Of a stretch of 64,000 nucleotides of DNA, positions 29,648-39,261 are shown in pieces. Each line of letters opens with the position of its first letter. Within the stretch, counting starts at the first letter, position 1. This stretch comes from Vulcanimicrobiota bacterium. GTDB taxonomy: Bacteria > Vulcanimicrobiota > Vulcanimicrobiia > Vulcanimicrobiales > Vulcanimicrobiaceae. The notes beneath the pieces are model-generated. The model had not been told where the DNA came from. It saw nothing but the letters and a program-made list of their open reading frames with translations, and did no database searches. The stretch covers positions 992,001 to 1,056,000 of the forward strand of contig CAWETW010000003.1 in assembly GCA_963812155.1 (NCBI GenBank), given 5' to 3'. The position numbers were made by a program, and so were the translations under genes.

Positions 29648-30967
29648 GTGAAGGCTCTTCGGTGGATTGCGGTGGCGCTGTTCGTCGCGGCCGCTGCGTC
29701 GTGCGTAACCAGGAACGCTTCCGGCCCGACCCTGCCGCAGCAGGGGAATCTCGCGAACGGCGTTCCGCGGAATGGCGCCACGCACGCGGCCGGGTTCGAG
29801 AGCGAGCAGCGTTGGGGACCGTTGAGCCGCAACGATTGGGAGCCGACCGTCGCTGCGGATCCGTCGTCGAGCTGGGTGTATCAAATGACGACGCCGCAAC
29901 GGCCCAACTACCTGCTGTTCCGAGCGTCGCCGGACGGCGGCGCAACCTGGAACCGGTCGCGCGAGGTCTGCCGCCGCGGCCTGAATCCGAACTGGCAGTA
30001 CGACCCGCAGGTTGCCGTGGCGCCCGACGGCACCGTCGACGTGGTTTGCCTCGACATGTTCAACCCCGGGGTCGTCTTCGCGCAGTCGCACGATCACGGT
30101 AAGACGTTCAGCGCTCCGGTGCGGCTCGACGGCGTTCGCTCCTACAGCGACAAGCCGACGCTGGTGGTTTCGCCTAACTCCAAAGACGTGTACGTCGCCT
30201 TCAACGACCGTTTCCGTCTTCTCGTCGCAGCCTCGCACGACGGCGGCGCGACGTGGCAAACCGCCGTGCGTGCGACGACGCGCAAGCTCTGGTACTACTC
30301 CCTTAGCGGCACCGTCACGCCCAACGGCTCGGTATGGTTTGCGGTGGACGGCGAGGCCGGGAAGAATCAAACCGGTGCCGGATACATCGCGGTCGTTACG
30401 TCGCCGGATGGTGGCGTGACGTGGCGCACAATCGAACTCGGGCGCACGCACGAAGGAGAGCCGTGCAAAACGAAATTCTGCTATCCGGATTTCTATACGG
30501 GCGAAGCCGCGGTCGCGTCGGATTCGAGCGGTGCGCTCGTGTTCGCGTACGCCGCGAACAAACTGCGGCAAGGCCCGAACTCGCTCTACGTTCGCCACTC
30601 GAACGACGGAACGCACTGGAGCGCTCCGGTGGCGATGGCGACGGCGGGTAACTCCACGAGTCCGGCGCTTGCGGCGGGTCCGTCGGCCGGCGATTTTCGG
30701 TTGGTATGGCAAGACAATCGCAACGGTGCGTACGCGTGGAACACGTGGTATTCCCGCAGCACCGACGGCGGCGCGAACTGGAGCGCCGACCAGCGTCTCT
30801 CAGATCGCGGCTCGGGAGCGAAATACAAAAATCGCAACGGCTACGATTGGCCGTTCGGCGACTACTTGGGTTTAGCGGTCGATTCGGCGGGGATTAATTA
30901 CGTCGTGTGGGGCGAGGGTTCGGGCGTGTACGTGCCGGGCGGCACGTGGTTCACCCGCGGCGAGTGA
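29648..30967 (+). CDS. Asp-box (BNR)/sialidase-fold lipoprotein
   Basis: Lipobox AASC; six Asp boxes (SPDGGATW, SHDHGKTF, SHDGGATW, SPDGGVTW, SNDGTHW, STDGGANW). Confidence 0.85.
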   Translation: MKALRWIAVALFVAAAASCVTRNASGPTLPQQGNLANGVPRNGATHAAGFESEQRWGPLSRNDWEPTVAADPSSSWVYQMTTPQRPNYLLFRASPDGGATWNRSREVCRRGLNPNWQYDPQVAVAPDGTVDVVCLDMFNPGVVFAQSHDHGKTFSAPVRLDGVRSYSDKPTLVVSPNSKDVYVAFNDRFRLLVAASHDGGATWQTAVRATTRKLWYYSLSGTVTPNGSVWFAVDGEAGKNQTGAGYIAVVTSPDGGVTWRTIELGRTHEGEPCKTKFCYPDFYTGEAAVASDSSGALVFAYAANKLRQGPNSLYVRHSNDGTHWSAPVAMATAGNSTSPALAAGPSAGDFRLVWQDNRNGAYAWNTWYSRSTDGGANWSADQRLSDRGSGAKYKNRNGYDWPFGDYLGLAVDSAGINYVVWGEGSGVYVPGGTWFTRGE

Positions 30968-30968
30968 G

Positions 30969-31331
30969 TCAGGGCGGTGTTGGAGTGGCTTCGACGATTT
31001 CCGGATGGAAGGCGGCCGCGCCCGCGCACAGCATGCGGCCGTGGAGCGTGAAGCCCGCTTCCTGATTGCCGAGGCCCGTCGTCGCATTTTGCGTAACGTT
31101 GACCGTCGCGCCCGGAGGCAGGGCGGCGCGATTGTACAGCAGATCGGTAAGACGAATCATCGAGCTTTCGGAATGGTCGTTGAGATTGTCGTTAAACCAC
31201 GTGCAGTTTTCGACGGGGCCCGGAAGGGCGGCATAAACGTAGACGACGGTCTCGGCCGGCGCCGGCGCGCGGCCGGCGAGTGCGAGTGCCAGCGTAACGG
31301 CAGCCATCGCAAACAACATGGAACGCTTCAT
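30969..31331 (-). CDS. hypothetical secreted protein
   Basis: Sec signal peptide, two Cys, follows the TPM genes. Confidence 0.65.
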   Translation of the reverse strand: MKRSMLFAMAAVTLALALAGRAPAPAETVVYVYAALPGPVENCTWFNDNLNDHSESSMIRLTDLLYNRAALPPGATVNVTQNATTGLGNQEAGFTLHGRMLCAGAAAFHPEIVEATPTPP

Positions 31332-31346
31332 AGCGAGGAATATACC

Positions 31347-32177
31347 CTACCAGCCGCCCGAAGCCCCGCCGCCGCCGAATCCTCCGCCGCCGGCGGAGAA
31401 TCCGCCGCTGAAGCCGCCGCCGCCGCCGCCGAACGACGACGACGAACCGCCGAGAAAACCGGCGCCGCCCCAGAACCACCAGCGGCGCATGTCGGCGCTC
31501 GCGCGTTTCGAGCCCTCGCGCATCACCAGATAGCCGTAGCGAAACATACCGACGATTTGCATGACGATCATGAACAGTACGAACGCGAAGAACAATCCGA
31601 AGACGACCATCAACACGACTGCCGCAGGGCCGCCGATCGTCGTGCCATGCTCCGCCGGCGCTGCGGGCGGCGGCGTCACGTTCTTGTAGGAGGGAGAGAT
31701 TGTCGTCAGCATAGCGGCTACGCCGCTCGAAACGGCATCGTCGGTATTGCCGCTGCGCATGCGCGGTACGATATCGTTGTCGATGATGCCGTGCGCCTGC
31801 GCGTCGGTCAGCGCGCCCTCCAACCCGTAGCCGACTTCGATGCGAACTTTGTGGTCGTCCATGAACAGAAAAAGGATCGCGCCGTCGTCGTGACCGCGGC
31901 GTCCGATTTTCCAGCGATCGGCGGTCTGCGTCGTCCACGTCTCCAGGGGGACGTCGCCGGTGGTCTTGCCGATCCACACGATCACTTGGTGTCCGGTCGC
32001 CGTTTCGTACGCGCGCAGTTCGTTTTCGAGCGACGTGCGCGCCGCACTCGAAAGCGCCCCGGAACCGTCGGTGACGTAATGGTTGGGGGTCGGCGGCGGG
32101 GCGAAATCGGCTGCCGCAACGCCGAGGGGAAGGGCGACCGCCAGCGCAAGCAGCGCCGCAAAACAGATGCGGATCAT
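31347..32177 (-). CDS. TPM domain membrane protein (YgcG-like) with Gly-rich tail
   Basis: RIEVGYGLEGALTD motif, TM helix, FGGGGASGGW C-terminus. Confidence 0.92.
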   Translation of the reverse strand: MIRICFAALLALAVALPLGVAAADFAPPPTPNHYVTDGSGALSSAARTSLENELRAYETATGHQVIVWIGKTTGDVPLETWTTQTADRWKIGRRGHDDGAILFLFMDDHKVRIEVGYGLEGALTDAQAHGIIDNDIVPRMRSGNTDDAVSSGVAAMLTTISPSYKNVTPPPAAPAEHGTTIGGPAAVVLMVVFGLFFAFVLFMIVMQIVGMFRYGYLVMREGSKRASADMRRWWFWGGAGFLGGSSSSFGGGGGGFSGGFSAGGGGFGGGGASGGW

Positions 32178-32563
32178 GACGATTCCCCGCCGGTCGAGGG
32201 GAAGTGGGCGTGGAGCGCCTCGCCGATGCGGCCGACGGCATGCAGCACGCCGTCGCGGGTCTCTCCGCGGACGAAATATTGCCGGCTCTCGGCCACGACC
32301 GCATTCCAAAACTCGTCGCCGACGCGTTGGTGCAGCGCACGATCGCCGATCACGGCAAACTTGCGCGCGCCGGGCGCGACGAGGACCAGTGCCGCGTTGC
32401 CGGCATCGTGGCGGTGCAGACCGGTGCGGGCGAACTCATGCACGGCGCGCTCGAAGGCGTCGACCGTTTTGTCGGGGATGACGCGAACCGCGATGCGCCC
32501 CGTCGTACCGTCTTCGGCACTCGCGATGGCGCGGGCGATGTCGGCGCGATCGGCGGCGTTCAC
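32174..32563 (-). CDS. small TPM domain protein
   Basis: IASAEDGTTGRIAV, FAVIGDRAL, HFP motifs; lies between lemA and the larger TPM gene. Confidence 0.85.
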   Translation of the reverse strand: MNAADRADIARAIASAEDGTTGRIAVRVIPDKTVDAFERAVHEFARTGLHRHDAGNAALVLVAPGARKFAVIGDRALHQRVGDEFWNAVVAESRQYFVRGETRDGVLHAVGRIGEALHAHFPSTGGESS

Positions 32564-33177
32564 TGCTGGAAGTTCACCGTTGGGGGCGTCTGCGCGCCGG
32601 CTTGCGCTTGGAAGTAGGGCTTTTCGTTAAAGCGGCTCCCGAACATGCCGGCGAACATGACGGCCGGAAACGTGTCGCGTTTGGTGTTGAAAGCGCGCGC
32701 ATCGTCGTTGTATTTTTTCCGTTCGTAGGCGATGCGATTTTCCGTGCCCTCGAGCTGCGCTTGCAGCGTTTGGAAATTTTCGGTCGCTTTGAGTTGCGGA
32801 TAGTTCTCGGACACCGCAAGCAGGCGCGACAGCGCCGACCCGAGCTGGTCTTGCGCCTGCGCGTAACGCGCGAAGTCTTGCGGGTTATTGACCGCGTTGG
32901 CGACGACCTGGGGAGAAATCTGGCCGACGCTGGCGCGCGCCTTCGCGACGTTTTCGTACGTGCTCGATTCGAAGTTGGCCGCTCCTTTGACGGTCGCGAC
33001 GAGGTTCGGAATGAGATCGGCGCGCCGCTGATAGACGTTCTGCACCTGGCCCCATTGCGCGTCGACGGCTTGGCTCAGCGTGACGAGCGAGTTATACGTC
33101 GCGCCGGCGAAAAGCGCGATGATAACGACCACGGCGATGACGACGATGGGGCCGGTCATCGATCGGCGTTGCTGCAT
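32560..33177 (-). CDS. lemA: LemA family protein
   Basis: YQRRADLIPNLV, ENYPQLKA, QLEGTENRI motifs after an N-terminal TM helix. Confidence 0.95.
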   Translation of the reverse strand: MQQRRSMTGPIVVIAVVVIIALFAGATYNSLVTLSQAVDAQWGQVQNVYQRRADLIPNLVATVKGAANFESSTYENVAKARASVGQISPQVVANAVNNPQDFARYAQAQDQLGSALSRLLAVSENYPQLKATENFQTLQAQLEGTENRIAYERKKYNDDARAFNTKRDTFPAVMFAGMFGSRFNEKPYFQAQAGAQTPPTVNFQQ

Positions 33178-33198
33178 GCCGGTTCTCCTCGAGTAGCG

Positions 33199-34842
33199 CT
33201 AGATGCGCCATTCCCACGCGTTCCAAAAGGGCGTGACCGCGTGAGCCGGGCGATAGTTCTGCAAATCGGTGTTGACGACGTCGAGTTCCTGCTGATACCA
33301 GAGAACGAAGAACGGTAAGCCTTCCGCGGCGATCTCTTGAATGCGGTAATAGGCTGCGCGGCGCACGGGCGGATCGTACTGGGTGAGGGCCTCGTTCTCG
33401 GCGGCGTCGAGCGCGGGACTGCAAAAGTGGTAGACGTTCCAGCCGTTCGGCGGCGCCATTTTGCACGCAATGAGGATGGAGTCGTCGGGGTCGAAGCCGT
33501 TCGCCCAATTTTCGAAGATGACGTCGAACTTTCCGGACTGCTCGATGCCGCCGGCCGACTGCGTCGCGTAGAGCTGGCCTGACGGATAGTTCTTGATGCT
33601 TACGTCGACGCCGGCCTGACGCCATTGCGCCTGGATGAGTTCTTCGGCGGCGGCGGCCGTTTGCGACCCCGTGAAGCTGGCCAGCGTGAGCGCGAGCGGG
33701 CGGCCGTTTCGGTAACGGATGCCGTCGGACTGCATGCGCCAACCGGCGGCGGCGAGCAGCCGCGCGGCCGCCGCGAGGTCGTAGGGATAGTGACGTGCGT
33801 GCGGATCGTACGCCCAGGAAAACGGCGGCTGATCGGTTTCGCCGAGAATCGTCACGCCGTGCGTCACCTTATCCACGAGCGCTTTGCGATCGGTTGCGTA
33901 CGCCAGCGCGCGGCGCACCCGCACGTCGCTCAGCGCGGGAACCGACGCGTTGAATCCGATGTCCGCGTAACGCGTGAACGGCGAGAGCACGACGCGAGTT
34001 CCAGGAATGCCGCGCAGGCTTTGCACCATCGTTTCGGGCGCGCGATAGAAAAAGTCGATCGCGTGGGATTGCAACATGGCGAGCATCGTGTTGTCGTTGG
34101 CAACGATGTGCCACTCGATGCGGCGCAGGCCGGGCGGCCCGCGCCAATACCGATCGTTCGCCGTGAAGACGATTTCGGAGCCGCGTTCGTAGCGCTCGAT
34201 GCGGAAGGGCCCGGTCCCTACCGGCCGTTCGTTATAGGCAACGCGATTGAGGTCGGGATAGCGCGAGAGCAAATGTTTCGGGAGAATGCAGTCGGGATGG
34301 TTGGCCATCGTGAAAAAGCCTGCCACGAACGGCGCGTAACGGCGTTTGAGATGCACGACGACCGTATAGGCGTCGAGCTGGTCGATGCTCGAGATCAGAT
34401 CGTAGCCTTGGCGGCTGACGACCGCGTTGCGCGGATTGAGCATTTGATGCCACGTGTAGACGAGATCGCCGGCGGTGAACGGCACGCCGTCTTGCCACGT
34501 GACGCCGCGGCGCAAGCGATACCTGATCGCCAAACCGTCTTTCGAGATATCGCCGTTGCGCAGCGTCGGCTCGCGCATCGCCAACTCCGGGACGAGCACG
34601 TTTTTGTCGCTGACGTGGAAGAGATAGGCAGCCCAGAACATCGAGAGATCGGTGTCGATGGTCTCGGTTCCGAGCAGGATGTTGAGGTTCGAAGGGTCCT
34701 GACGCGACGCGATGCGCAAAACGCCGGGAACCGTCCACGCATTGCCTTGGCCGGCGTGGCGGTCGCCGGTGCGCGTGCACGCGGTTGCGGCGAGGGCGGC
34801 GAGGACGAGCGACGCGGCAATCCGCGCGGCGCGTCTTTCAAT
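33199..34842 (-). CDS. peptide/nickel ABC transporter substrate-binding lipoprotein (family 5); start uncertain
   Basis: LRRGVTWQDGVPFTAGD and PVGTGPF motifs; frame stays open upstream of TTG 34719 through lipobox ATAC to about 34842 (ATT start or an indel). Confidence 0.85.
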   Translation of the reverse strand: MERRAARIAASLVLAALAATACTRTGDRHAGQGNAWTVPGVLRIASRQDPSNLNILLGTETIDTDLSMFWAAYLFHVSDKNVLVPELAMREPTLRNGDISKDGLAIRYRLRRGVTWQDGVPFTAGDLVYTWHQMLNPRNAVVSRQGYDLISSIDQLDAYTVVVHLKRRYAPFVAGFFTMANHPDCILPKHLLSRYPDLNRVAYNERPVGTGPFRIERYERGSEIVFTANDRYWRGPPGLRRIEWHIVANDNTMLAMLQSHAIDFFYRAPETMVQSLRGIPGTRVVLSPFTRYADIGFNASVPALSDVRVRRALAYATDRKALVDKVTHGVTILGETDQPPFSWAYDPHARHYPYDLAAAARLLAAAGWRMQSDGIRYRNGRPLALTLASFTGSQTAAAAEELIQAQWRQAGVDVSIKNYPSGQLYATQSAGGIEQSGKFDVIFENWANGFDPDDSILIACKMAPPNGWNVYHFCSPALDAAENEALTQYDPPVRRAAYYRIQEIAAEGLPFFVLWYQQELDVVNTDLQNYRPAHAVTPFWNAWEWRI

Positions 34843-35653
34843 GATGGTCCTTGCGCTGCGCCGGGGCTCGCGCGCGCATTTCGTCGACGAGTTCGACGAT
34901 GCCGGCGGCCGCGGCGTCGAAGAGCGCGCGACCTTTTTCGGGCGTCGCCTTGGTCGGATCGCCCATCACGCCGGTGTCGCTGATCGCGCTCCAATGCTCC
35001 ATCATCACGAGCGGTCCGTCGCCGCCGATCAAATCGCCCCAGTAGTTTTTCGACGGGCGATGGGAGAGTTCGCGCACGGCCTGGGACATGTCGACTAACT
35101 CCGGTGCTAGCGCGAGATAGAGCGACGTCTCGAACTCGCAGGCGTGATTCATTCCGCCGATTCTGTCCGATTCGCGCAACGATTCGGCCACCTCTCGCAC
35201 GCCGGGGGCCGCCCAGTAATTCACGGCGGCGGCGAGCACGCCGGTCTCGACGACGGCCAGGCGCGCGATGATGTCGATAAACGGCGTGTTGCTGCCGTGC
35301 CCGTTGACGATCAGGATTTTGCGGAAACCGTGATGCGCGAGACTGCGGCAGACGTCGACGCCGTAGTCGATGAGCGTGTGGGCGCCGATCGTAATCGCTC
35401 CCGGGAAATCGAGGTGATGTGGGCTATAGCCGTGGTTGATCGCCGGCACTAGCACGACGCGGTCGCCGGCGCGCGCGGCGGCCTCTTCGCAGACCGCAGT
35501 GCACAGGCGCAAATCGGTGTCGATCGGCAGATGGCGGCCGTGGTCTTCGAGCGTCGCGATCGGGACGATCGCCACCCGCCCTTGCTGCGCGGCCTGTTTC
35601 ACTTCAGGCCACGTCAGTTCTCCATAGCGGTATTTCGCGAGCGTACTAGTCAC
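34838..35653 (-). CDS. creatininase/creatinine amidohydrolase family protein
   Basis: LEDHGRHLPIDTD, NGHGSN, HACEFETS, GVMGDP motifs. Confidence 0.92.
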   Translation of the reverse strand: MTSTLAKYRYGELTWPEVKQAAQQGRVAIVPIATLEDHGRHLPIDTDLRLCTAVCEEAAARAGDRVVLVPAINHGYSPHHLDFPGAITIGAHTLIDYGVDVCRSLAHHGFRKILIVNGHGSNTPFIDIIARLAVVETGVLAAAVNYWAAPGVREVAESLRESDRIGGMNHACEFETSLYLALAPELVDMSQAVRELSHRPSKNYWGDLIGGDGPLVMMEHWSAISDTGVMGDPTKATPEKGRALFDAAAAGIVELVDEMRARAPAQRKDHH

Positions 35654-35686
35654 TCAACGTGACGTTGCTCGCTGTCCGCCGGCGGT

Positions 35687-35760
35687 CCTTCGACTGCGCG
35701 TGCTGCGCACGCGGAGCCTGTGCTGAGCGAGCGAAGCGAGTCGAAGTGCTCGGATGACAC
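35687..35760. repeat. composite REP-like element with an inverted copy nested inside
   Basis: CCTTCGACTGCGCGTG...GGATGACAC encloses TGCTGAGCGAGCGAAGCGAGTCGAAG, the reverse complement of a family unit. Confidence 0.7.
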
Positions 35761-35776
35761 GGTCAGGATCACACGG

Positions 35777-37210
35777 CTAGTCGGGCGGCCCGCCGTCTTT
35801 TTGGATGATTTCTTGTGATCGCGTGAAACCGGGGCGGCGCAGGAAATACGCCTGGCCAAACGGCGCGCGGAATGGCGTGAACTTTCCCGGCGATTGCTTG
35901 AAGTCTAAGATGTCGCCGATCGAGTTTGCGCGGACGTCGGTCGCTCCGAGCGATCCGGTGCTGAAGTTTTGTTCGATAAACTTGAGCACGCTGCCGAACT
36001 CGTACTGCGTTTTGGAGACGTAGTGGCGCTTGGCGTAGGGCGAGATCACGAGCAGCGGCACGCGCATGCCGAGGCTCGTGTAATCGAGTTGCGGCGGCGG
36101 CACGTTGTCGTAGAAGCCGCCCCAGTCGTCCCAGAGCACGACGATGACCGTGCTGTTCCAATAGGGGCTCTGTCCGACGGCGTTAACCACCGACGACACC
36201 CACGAGGGGCCCTTGTTGTTGCCGCTTGCGGGATGGTCGGAGTCGGGCAGGTACGGAATCACCCACGAGACTTGCGGGAGCGTCCCGGCTTTGATGTCTT
36301 TGAAGATCTTGGTGTTGGGAGTGCTGACGTTTTTCCAATCCGAACCGTATCGCACGCCCTTGATCGCGTCGAAGCCGTTCCAGACTCCGCCCGAAAAGTC
36401 GTCGAGGAATCCGGCGACGTAGAATCGCCAGGAGACTTTGGCGGCGTCGAGCACGTCGGCCATGGTCTTATACTGCGTCAGGCACGGAAACGGGCCGGCG
36501 TTGTCGTCGACCTTGCCGTTGCTGTAGATCAATCCCGTGGTGGTGCGCTTGTCTTCGTTGTCGCAGCCCCACGGGATCGACGACGGCGTATCCACCAGCG
36601 ACTCGTTGGAGTTCAGTGCGGTCGTGCCGGCGATTATCTGCTGGTGCGCGACGAAACTGTCGGTCGTCGCGGTCGAGAACATGTGATCGCCCACCGCGTA
36701 GCGCGACGCCATGTCCCAATACGGCTGCACCTCGCTGCGCTCGACGAACGCGTAGGGATAAAACAGCGCCGGACCGTTGCCGCCCGCGGTTCCAAATGAG
36801 ATGGTGTCGAACCCATCCATCTTTCCGCCGTCGTATTCGGCTTCGAACGCGGCGTGATCGTGGGCGATGTCGGTTCCGCCCAAACACTTGCAGGTCTCCA
36901 GCGTGATCTGCTGCAGCGGCACCGGCGTGGGCGACGGACCGGGGCAGATCTCCTTATGTTTCGGCGGCGTGTACGGGATGCACAAGCCCGTCGTGCTGGT
37001 ATCGGCGCCCGGAAAACTCATGAAGATGTTGTTGAAGCTGCGGTTCTCTTGCAGCATCACGATGACGTGCTGGATCTTCGAGACGGGCGGAGGCGTCGGC
37101 GTAGGGCCGGCCGATCCCGTTGGCAGGGGAGCCGTCGACGTATTGAGATTCGAACTGCAGCCGCCCGCAGCGATGATTGCGAGGGCGATGAAAGTCCGAA
37201 AGCGATTCAC
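35777..37210 (-). CDS. phosphoesterase family (phospholipase C/AcpA-like) lipoprotein
   Basis: [39 protein letters not shown] motifs; lipobox-like GGC. Confidence 0.9.
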   Translation of the reverse strand: MNRFRTFIALAIIAAGGCSSNLNTSTAPLPTGSAGPTPTPPPVSKIQHVIVMLQENRSFNNIFMSFPGADTSTTGLCIPYTPPKHKEICPGPSPTPVPLQQITLETCKCLGGTDIAHDHAAFEAEYDGGKMDGFDTISFGTAGGNGPALFYPYAFVERSEVQPYWDMASRYAVGDHMFSTATTDSFVAHQQIIAGTTALNSNESLVDTPSSIPWGCDNEDKRTTTGLIYSNGKVDDNAGPFPCLTQYKTMADVLDAAKVSWRFYVAGFLDDFSGGVWNGFDAIKGVRYGSDWKNVSTPNTKIFKDIKAGTLPQVSWVIPYLPDSDHPASGNNKGPSWVSSVVNAVGQSPYWNSTVIVVLWDDWGGFYDNVPPPQLDYTSLGMRVPLLVISPYAKRHYVSKTQYEFGSVLKFIEQNFSTGSLGATDVRANSIGDILDFKQSPGKFTPFRAPFGQAYFLRRPGFTRSQEIIQKDGGPPD

Positions 37211-37225
37211 GTAGTTTCCTCCAGT

Positions 37226-37266
37226 CCTTCGACTGCGGCGCTGCGCGCCTCCGCTCAGGATGACAC
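37226..37266 (+). repeat. REP-like palindromic element
   Basis: CCTTCGACTGCGGCGCTGCGCGCCTCCGCTCAGGATGACAC, one mismatch from the copy at 56380-56420. Confidence 0.85.
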
Positions 37267-37393
37267 GCGTGGGGACGACACACGTTTTTGCGTGTTTTGG
37301 GGCGTTCCCTCGAAAACGCAGGAAAAACGACCGTGGTTATTGCACCAAAGGAACGCTAAAATCTAGTGGTTTCCGTACGTAAGGAGAAAGTCA

Positions 37394-37903
37394 ATGCGTT
37401 ATCTCACCTCGGCGCTGGCAATCGTAGCGATCGCATTCGCATTCGCGGCTTGCACCGGCAAGTCGTCGTCGAGTTCCGACCAGTCAAACTCGACGAGCGC
37501 GGAAGCGACCGCCGCGGCGAGCGGGGAAGCAACCGCAGCGCCGAGCTCGGATGCCGGCGCGATGAGTTCCGAGGCCAGCGCCGAACCGGCCGCTGCCGCG
37601 GCATCCGGCCCGATTCCGGACTATCCGGGCGCGACGGTGCGCAGCCAAAGCGACGCGTCGAACATGATGACGACCAACGCAATGGGGCGCGTCCTCGAAA
37701 CGCCGGATTCGTTCGATAAGGTCTATCAGTGGTACCAGCAGAAAATGCCGCCGGATTCAGAGCGCATGCACGTGACGCAGCCTCACCCGGACGCCGTCTT
37801 CGTCATCACCGATCCGGCCAAGGGTCAGGATTCGGTGGCGATCGTGGTCAGCCACGGTAAGACGATGATTACGATCGCCCACGTGGGCCTAAAAACGAAG
37901 TAG
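37394..37903 (+). CDS. hypothetical lipoprotein
   Basis: AAGGAG RBS, lipobox FAAC, Ser/Ala linker, then a PDYPGA domain. Confidence 0.8.
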   Translation: MRYLTSALAIVAIAFAFAACTGKSSSSSDQSNSTSAEATAAASGEATAAPSSDAGAMSSEASAEPAAAAASGPIPDYPGATVRSQSDASNMMTTNAMGRVLETPDSFDKVYQWYQQKMPPDSERMHVTQPHPDAVFVITDPAKGQDSVAIVVSHGKTMITIAHVGLKTK

Positions 37904-37915
37904 CGAGCGCGGCGG

Positions 37916-38176
37916 CTATTTTTGAACGGCGCGCCACGCGCCGTCATCGCCGCCGCTCCACTCCACGTACCAGCCGCCGCCGCATGGAATGGCGGGCTTG
38001 TCGAGTTGGTCGGGAGCGATGCCGAACGCCATGAGAACGTGCTTCGACGCTTCGCGCATCTCGCGCGACCAGCGTTCGACTTCGGGAGTCGCAGTGGCCG
38101 GAATAGCCCGGGTTGCCCGAGCGATTCCGTTGAGTCCGTCGGCGATCGAAGCGGCGATCGCCTTGTAGTCGATCAC
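37916..38176 (-). CDS. hypothetical 86-aa protein
   Basis: GTG start 3 nt after the HD-GYP stop, suggesting coupling; no family recognised. Confidence 0.65.
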   Translation of the reverse strand: MIDYKAIAASIADGLNGIARATRAIPATATPEVERWSREMREASKHVLMAFGIAPDQLDKPAIPCGGGWYVEWSGGDDGAWRAVQK

Positions 38177-38179
38177 GAG

Positions 38180-38992
38180 TTATGCAGCAGTCGAGCGGAC
38201 GATGCGCAACCGGCGCGTGCCCATCAAGCGGTCGAGCGCAGCGACGACGTCCGAATCGTAGAGTTTTCCGGCGTGGTCGTCGAGATGGACGAGCGCGTCG
38301 TGAACGGCCAGCGTCCCGCTTGCGGATGCCATCGTCGTGAAGACGTCAGCGACGGAAAGGATGCGCACTTCCAGCGGAATGTCCGGGCCGCGCAGTCGAT
38401 CGGGATAACCGGATCCGTCGAGACGTTCGTGATGGGCGCGAATCCAAGGTGCATAACGCTGGAGTGCGGGAATCGCGCGCAGCATGTTTTCACCGGCAGC
38501 GGCGTGGCCGTCCGTGTGCGTCCCCTGCGTGGCGATCTTTCCGACGTCTAATAGGCGTCCGGCGACGACGACGTCGTGGACGCGATCTCCGTCGAGCCCG
38601 AGGGACTTGGCGATGCTACCGGCAAGGGTGCCCACACCCGAGAGATGAGTGGAGAGCGTCGGATCGACGGCTCGAATCATCTCATGCATCGCATCGACCA
38701 AGTCCTCGGGCTTCGTGCCTCGGACGGAGGCTTGTTCCCACGCAACTTCGCGGACACGCTCGCGCAGCGCATCAAGACGAGCGAGCGTCGTGCGGCGGCG
38801 CTGTGCCGGAATTTGCGTGGATATTTCAACGCTTGCGCGATCGACGAGAGCTTCGATCTCGTCGGGCGTGGCGGCGTGCATCTCGCGCCGCACCCAATCG
38901 ACGATCGCCCAGCGATCCTCGAGCGTCACTTCGTTGGCAACGATCGAGAGCAGCTCAGAGTAGGCGGAGTGCTCTCCGGGATAGCGCTTCAT
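38180..38992 (-). CDS. HD-GYP domain protein with degenerate HD dyad
   Basis: HHERLDGSGYP and RILSVADVF present; LLDVGK replaces LHDIGK. Confidence 0.85.
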   Translation of the reverse strand: MKRYPGEHSAYSELLSIVANEVTLEDRWAIVDWVRREMHAATPDEIEALVDRASVEISTQIPAQRRRTTLARLDALRERVREVAWEQASVRGTKPEDLVDAMHEMIRAVDPTLSTHLSGVGTLAGSIAKSLGLDGDRVHDVVVAGRLLDVGKIATQGTHTDGHAAAGENMLRAIPALQRYAPWIRAHHERLDGSGYPDRLRGPDIPLEVRILSVADVFTTMASASGTLAVHDALVHLDDHAGKLYDSDVVAALDRLMGTRRLRIVRSTAA

Positions 38993-38998
38993 GCCAGA

Positions 38999-39085
38999 CT
39001 ACGGGTTTGGCAGGTACGGCGGAACGATGTTGGGCAGCACGTGGTGCGCGAACACAATCAACTGGTGGAGTACGGCCAAAAGCAT
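38999..39085 (-). CDS. 28-aa small peptide MLLAVLHQLIVFAHHVLPNIVPPYLPNP (absent from the ORF track)
   Basis: AAGGAG at 39102-39097, ATG at 39085, TAG at 39001-38999, 6 nt before the HD-GYP ATG; TAGAAT -10 just upstream. Confidence 0.65.
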   Translation of the reverse strand: MLLAVLHQLIVFAHHVLPNIVPPYLPNP

Positions 39086-39120
39086 GGGGGAGGGTTCTCC
39101 TTAGTGAGGCAAGTGCGTTG

Positions 39121-39189
39121 ATTCTACCGGGTGCCGGATTCGCGCGCATGACACTTCGATGCTATCGTCGCTCTCTATGACTTCGCTGC
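39121..39189 (-). promoter_or_regulatory. putative activator-dependent promoter of the peptide operon
   Basis: TAGAAT at 39126-39121 with a poor -35; imperfect direct repeats GCAGCGAAGTCAT (39189-39177) and GCATCGAAGTGTCAT (39162-39148). Confidence 0.45.
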
Positions 39190-39261
39190 TGCGCAAGCTG
39201 CGATCTAGGTGGCACGGATAGGTGCGCGCTCGCGGGGAGGCACGCTTTGTCTGAGGATTAT

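Noticed and set aside
34838..35653. Creatininase-family gene as mycofactocin MftE or part of a RiPP cluster
   Set aside because: No precursor, radical SAM or other mft genes are nearby.
38999..39085. 28-aa peptide as a RiPP precursor or as substrate of the PPEP-like peptidase at 6702-7310
   Set aside because: No modifying enzymes or exporter are adjacent, and the peptidase is about 32 kb away. The Pro-Pro link is speculation without sequence support.
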